From Candidatus Bathyarchaeota archaeon (GTDB taxonomy: Archaea > Thermoproteota > Bathyarchaeia > Bathyarchaeales > Bathycorpusculaceae): DNA of 64,000 nt. This document shows positions 60,098 through 64,000 of the stretch, piece by piece; positions within the stretch are counted from its first letter, which is position 1; every line of letters begins with the position of its first letter. The stretch spans positions 1,952,001 to 2,016,000 of the forward strand of contig OY969706.1 in the NCBI GenBank assembly GCA_963702095.1. Direction: 5' to 3'. The translations under genes and the position numbers were made by a program. Under the pieces are notes generated by a model. It was not told the origin of the DNA. It searched no databases and saw nothing but the letters and a program-made list of their open reading frames with translations.

Positions 60098-60245
60098 GGA
60101 GGTAATCGTTAATCAAATCCGCCATGTTCTCCTTAACCTCCACCTCAGACTTGCCTTGCGTAGCAATATCCAGCAGCGGGCAAGAAGCAACAAACCACTT
60201 CCCCTCACGCGCAATAATAATGGGAAACGGCAATTGAACAGACAC
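60048..60245 (-). CDS. hicB: HicB-family antitoxin
   Basis: EGKWFVASCP.LDIATQGKS..E..EN. Confidence 0.85.
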   Translation of the reverse strand: MSVQLPFPIIIAREGKWFVASCPLLDIATQGKSEVEVKENMADLINDYLHDPDTQASTASSAKSH

Positions 60246-60450
60246 ATCGAACACCCTTACAACAAACAACCACAATAAAGATATAAATTATTTCTAAAAA
60301 CCAGCGCCACTACAAAACCCAAACAGGAAAAAATGGATACTCTAACACGATTTAGGCTCTGGGGGCTACACCAGCCTTTCGTTTTAAGGGGCGTATAAAT
60401 GTCAATGCACTTCAACGGAAGACTTTCCAGCAGCGCCCCGCGCCCTTGGG

Positions 60451-60828
60451 CTAGATTATTTTGATGTTTGCCTCAGCCAGACACTCAAACCCCTTATCCC
60501 TCGTCAACAACACATCCCCACACGCAACCACAACCCCCGCAATCAACAAATCATTCTCATTAATCATCGTCCCCTTTCCCCGCAGCCTCCCAAAAAGCAA
60601 CGCAGCCTGCCTAGCCGCAGCCCCATCAAACGGGCAAACCCTAACGGCAGAGAGAAACTTTTCTGCAACCTCCCGCTTCAACACATCACCATGCTTGAGC
60701 AGTTCATACTCGGTTATGGCTGTGGTCTTAAGGGTATCCCGCTTCGCAAGACCCTTTATCATCGAGACCACCTTTTCGTCGCCAGCCAAAAAATCAATCA
60801 CAACGCTGGTATCAAGAAACGTCATCAA
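60451..60828 (-). CDS. vapC: VapC PIN toxin
   Basis: FLDTSVVID, T..EL, NDLLIAG, LLTRD..F. Confidence 0.92.
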   Translation of the reverse strand: MMTFLDTSVVIDFLAGDEKVVSMIKGLAKRDTLKTTAITEYELLKHGDVLKREVAEKFLSAVRVCPFDGAAARQAALLFGRLRGKGTMINENDLLIAGVVVACGDVLLTRDKGFECLAEANIKII

Positions 60829-60829
60829 A

Positions 60830-61063
60830 TCACTTCAAGCTACGCCCGTAGTTAGCTTCCCGTTCCTCTGCGATCTTGGCTTTTAACTCTTCAAGAGCCT
60901 TCTTTTCACCCTTGAGAGCGCCCGCAAAAACCATGATGTCGGGTTTTTCTTCTTTGCCGCAAAGGCTTTCCTTTATGACCTCTGAGAAACTGCGTTTGCC
61001 TTTCTTCTCTAACAGTAACTCGTACACTTCGTTTGAAACGGAAATTTGTCTAGCCAATTTCAT
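60830..61063 (-). CDS. vapB: VapB-type antitoxin
   Basis: ISVSNEVYE.L..KK..RSFSEVI. Confidence 0.85.
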   Translation of the reverse strand: MKLARQISVSNEVYELLLEKKGKRSFSEVIKESLCGKEEKPDIMVFAGALKGEKKALEELKAKIAEEREANYGRSLK

Positions 61064-61080
61064 CAACACTCTTTCAAGCA

Positions 61081-61094
61081 TATACATATGTATA
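61081..61094. promoter_or_regulatory. 14-bp palindromic operator candidate upstream of vapB
   Basis: TATACATATGTATA perfect palindrome. Confidence 0.55.
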
Positions 61095-61178
61095 CATATC
61101 GATAAAAATGCTTCTGCTCAAGAAATAAGGGCAAACCAAAACCGCTTAACAACCTTCACAAAAAACCCTGTGCGGCCA

Positions 61179-61280
61179 TCACTTTTTGCCGCCCTTCTTC
61201 GCACAAGCACTACTACAATACTTCGACTTCGCATCAAACGTAGTACAGGTCTTCTTACAGACTGAACATTTCTTTTCCAT
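61179..61280 (-). CDS. 33-aa Zn-finger microprotein, absent from ORF track
   Basis: Hand translation MEKKCSVCKKTCTTFDAKSKYCSSACAKKGGKK*; GGAGG upstream. Confidence 0.65.
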   Translation of the reverse strand: MEKKCSVCKKTCTTFDAKSKYCSSACAKKGGKK

Positions 61281-61608
61281 AACATTCCCTCCTCCATATT
61301 GCGGTTTTAATAAATTAATATTTTACCCAAATCACGGTGACTTCTGCTGCTCTCAAGAGACCCCCCTCCCCCCTATAAAAAGGCGAAACAGGGCATACGG
61401 AAAGATCGGAGTGACTTTCTAAGGCGGGAGAGCGAACACAAACTGTCAAAAATTGACTAAAGTATTACACACGAAGCCTAAAGGGCGAGTAGTCGGTCGG
61501 ACAGTCTGTCAATTTTAGTAGGATTAAAGGGGAAGTAAACGCAAAAACTAAAAGCTGTAACAATAAACATTTGCAGAAAGACTACCAAATAGCATGAGTG
61601 AATAGTCT

Positions 61609-62385
61609 GTGCGAACAGAACACCATCATCCAGTATTCAAAGAGCTTGATGCAAAAATAAAAATTTGGCATTATATGAGTTTTGCTAAATACGTCTCACT
61701 TCTCGATAGAAAGGCATTACACTTTTCGAGAGTAGACTGTTTTAAAGACGACCCACTTGAGGGTGCCTTGCCAGAGCATATATTTGACCCAATTCTTGAA
61801 GCACAAGCTACAGAAGAACAACGGCGCATTCTTAAAATTAACAAAGAAAGGCTCAAAACAGGTAATGAATTGACTATGAGGGAGCTAGTTATAAACTGCT
61901 GGCACATTGATGAATGTGCATCTGATTATATGTGGACACAATTCTTGAAATGCGAGGAAGGGGTTGCCATCCAATCAACTTTTAAACGGCTCTCAGATAC
62001 TTTTGCCAACTATAACGAAAATGACGTGTACATTGGTGCGATAGATTACATTGACCACGAAAAGGACACTATACCGTGGGACAATGCATTTTATCCGTTT
62101 GTTCATAAAAATAGAAACAAGTTTGAACACGAAAAAGAGCTAAGAGTCGTTTTGTCAAAAAATATTAGATTGGAACTTGCCAAAGCCCAAGAAAGAGGCT
62201 ATGACAAAATAGTGGATACTATTGAATTTCCAGTTAATGGTATAGAGGTTCAAATTGATTTACAAACATTGATTGAAAAAGTAGTCGTTTCTCCAAAAGC
62301 TGGAAAATGGTTTGAAGAAGTAGTACAGTCAGTAACAAAGAAATATGGTCTAAATAAAGCAGTAATCAAATCTTTAGCTACTTAA
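61609..62385 (+). CDS. DUF2971-like protein
   Basis: WHYM..K..LL, NCWH, MW, GVAIQST, F.HK..FEHEKELR. Confidence 0.7.
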   Translation: MRTEHHHPVFKELDAKIKIWHYMSFAKYVSLLDRKALHFSRVDCFKDDPLEGALPEHIFDPILEAQATEEQRRILKINKERLKTGNELTMRELVINCWHIDECASDYMWTQFLKCEEGVAIQSTFKRLSDTFANYNENDVYIGAIDYIDHEKDTIPWDNAFYPFVHKNRNKFEHEKELRVVLSKNIRLELAKAQERGYDKIVDTIEFPVNGIEVQIDLQTLIEKVVVSPKAGKWFEEVVQSVTKKYGLNKAVIKSLAT

Positions 62386-62499
62386 CGCTTCAACCTCCCC
62401 TACTTCCGCCCATGTACAATTTTAATTTTTTCAAAAAGTGACTTCTAAAAAACGCTAATCCGAATCGTTCAAAAATCTTAAATCTGCCAACAAGCAGAA

Positions 62500-62841
62500 T
62501 TGGCTAATATGAATCAAAATAGCTCTAAAAATCAAATGCGTTTGGTCTTTTGGTTTGCTATATTTCCTCCGTTCATTTTAGGGCTATATCCCTTTGTTGT
62601 CAACACCGAGTACGTCGTTACAATTGCCAATGGCTTAGTGACGGCACAAAGTATACTTGTCGCTCTCGCTATTTTTTCAATTGATAGAGGCAATAAAAGT
62701 AAACGTTCTTTACACCTTTTTGCACTTTTGCTTCTTTTGCTTGTTGATGTAGTTGGTGGTTATCAGTTAATTTTAGCTAACGAATTGTTGGTGGCGGCTA
62801 AAGTGTTCTTAGAGTGTTTATTGTTTCATGCTGGTTTTTGA
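62500..62841 (+). CDS. small membrane hypothetical protein
   Basis: Three to four hydrophobic segments. Confidence 0.55.
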   Translation: MANMNQNSSKNQMRLVFWFAIFPPFILGLYPFVVNTEYVVTIANGLVTAQSILVALAIFSIDRGNKSKRSLHLFALLLLLLVDVVGGYQLILANELLVAAKVFLECLLFHAGF

Positions 62842-62973
62842 TGGACTTGTGGATGACACAGTAAGTTATTCATATTTTCATGTTTACCACTCTTGAGCAT
62901 ATTCACTAAGGTTTGATTTACTTAGGAACTAAGTATATGACATAATCCCACTTTACCAAAAACTTAAATCAAA

Positions 62974-63480
62974 ATGCATAAAATAGGGCAAATGAGGATG
63001 ATTGAACTGTCTGAAGAGAAGAAAGGAACCCTTAACATTCTGATAGGTTTCAAAACAAGTAATGCTGATTGTGGAACGTTTAATCCATGGAATGCCTATG
63101 CCCTCAAAAGTATGGGTTACACAGGAGGCGCAGTAGACCCAAAAAATTGGTCATACAATGTGCGAGGTGATTTATATGAAGTCCCAGACATAGCTCGCAA
63201 AAACCATGAATGTGGTGGCAGCGTAAACGTTTGCGGATTAGACCCTACAGGCTGTAGCATTGCGTTATCGCATGTTTTTTACATTGACGAAACTGGTCAT
63301 GGTGAAAAACCTTACCATTGGAATCACGAGATTTATACTAGAAAAGGGGATGGAGAATGGGTTCTGTTCGATAAAAAAATGACAGAGAATCACATAATTC
63401 CGATTTCAGAGTGGATTGAAATATCAGTAAAAGAATCCGATGGAAACGTTGTGGCAAAAAAAGTTAATAGAAACAAATAA
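62974..63480 (+). CDS. hypothetical protein
   Basis: 168-aa ORF preceded by AAAACTTAAA; no motif recognised. Confidence 0.6.
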   Translation: MHKIGQMRMIELSEEKKGTLNILIGFKTSNADCGTFNPWNAYALKSMGYTGGAVDPKNWSYNVRGDLYEVPDIARKNHECGGSVNVCGLDPTGCSIALSHVFYIDETGHGEKPYHWNHEIYTRKGDGEWVLFDKKMTENHIIPISEWIEISVKESDGNVVAKKVNRNK

Positions 63481-63708
63481 AACCTCCGCGGTCTAAAAAC
63501 ATATTCCAACACGTAAGCAGTTCTAAAAAAAATAAACCATCTTTTCAAAACGGTTTGGAATTAAAAAGAATTTTACAACAACTTCAAAAAGCCGTAACAA
63601 GCTTCCAATCCGCTTTTTCTGAAAGCGATCAAATAAACGACCATGCCTAAAACAGAATTTGCAGAATTCATCTTTCAGATGTCTTGTCACAGTATTGCGA
63701 AGCAAGCG

Positions 63709-63987
63709 TTAAGGTCCAAGTATTTTTTCTATCTCCGCTAAATGCTCCGCTACCTTTTTTCCCCTATCACTCAAGGAATATTTAGGTGCGCCTGACGACA
63801 TGTCGATGTCTAAAAGCCCGTTTTCGTCTAGGAATTGTTTTGCCGAGTAGAAAGCCCTCTGACCTGAAGCAGAACTTTTTAGAATTTTTGTGGTTTTTGA
63901 GTTTGGATGCTTGTAGAGATATAAAATTAGCCTGTTAACAGCAGTTAATTCATCGAATTCGTCGAATTTCATGCCGATTTCAGCCAT
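63709..63987 (-). CDS. winged-helix DNA-binding protein
   Basis: LILYLY..P...T......L.ENGLL...KYSLSDRGKKVAEHL. Confidence 0.75.
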   Translation of the reverse strand: MAEIGMKFDEFDELTAVNRLILYLYKHPNSKTTKILKSSASGQRAFYSAKQFLDENGLLDIDMSSGAPKYSLSDRGKKVAEHLAEIEKILGP

Positions 63988-64000
63988 TACAAGTTTATCG

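Overview
Archaeal genomic window; gene content and style suggest Bathyarchaeia/TACK (inference). Layout: (1) 1-9.3 kb: PAS histidine kinase, unannotated Zn-ribbon microproteins and a dense, partly decayed toxin-antitoxin cluster. (2) 9349-15414: a precisely bounded 6066-bp cargo transposon, the main find. It has 24-bp terminal inverted repeats (23/24 identical, IS6-type GGTTCTGTT ends), an 8-bp target-site duplication (CTTACCCA) and three TGTTAA..GGGYGAT sites at each end. It encodes one SWIM/Zn-ribbon/HTH/DDE transposase plus defence-like cargo: a STAS-like + HATPase pair, a Zn-finger microprotein behind a palindromic operator, a type IIG-like restriction-modification fusion and a Cren7-like Zn ribbon-wHTH. 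(3) 16-19 kb: collapsed tailed-provirus remnant between two diverged 117-bp direct repeats. (4) Secreted proteins, rpsJ, AN1-M50 protease, mre11-rad50. (5) 29-48 kb: corrinoid ABC transporter and an anaerobic tetrapyrrole/cobalamin cluster with a CbiX-CbiC fusion and a domain-permuted amidase. (6) 48-64 kb: housekeeping and signalling genes, more TA modules and an AT-rich accessory tail. Many small frameshifts, including in rad50 and sirC, suggest sequencing/assembly indel errors. No rRNA, tRNA or CRISPR array was recognised. All family assignments are from motifs read by eye; no searches were run.
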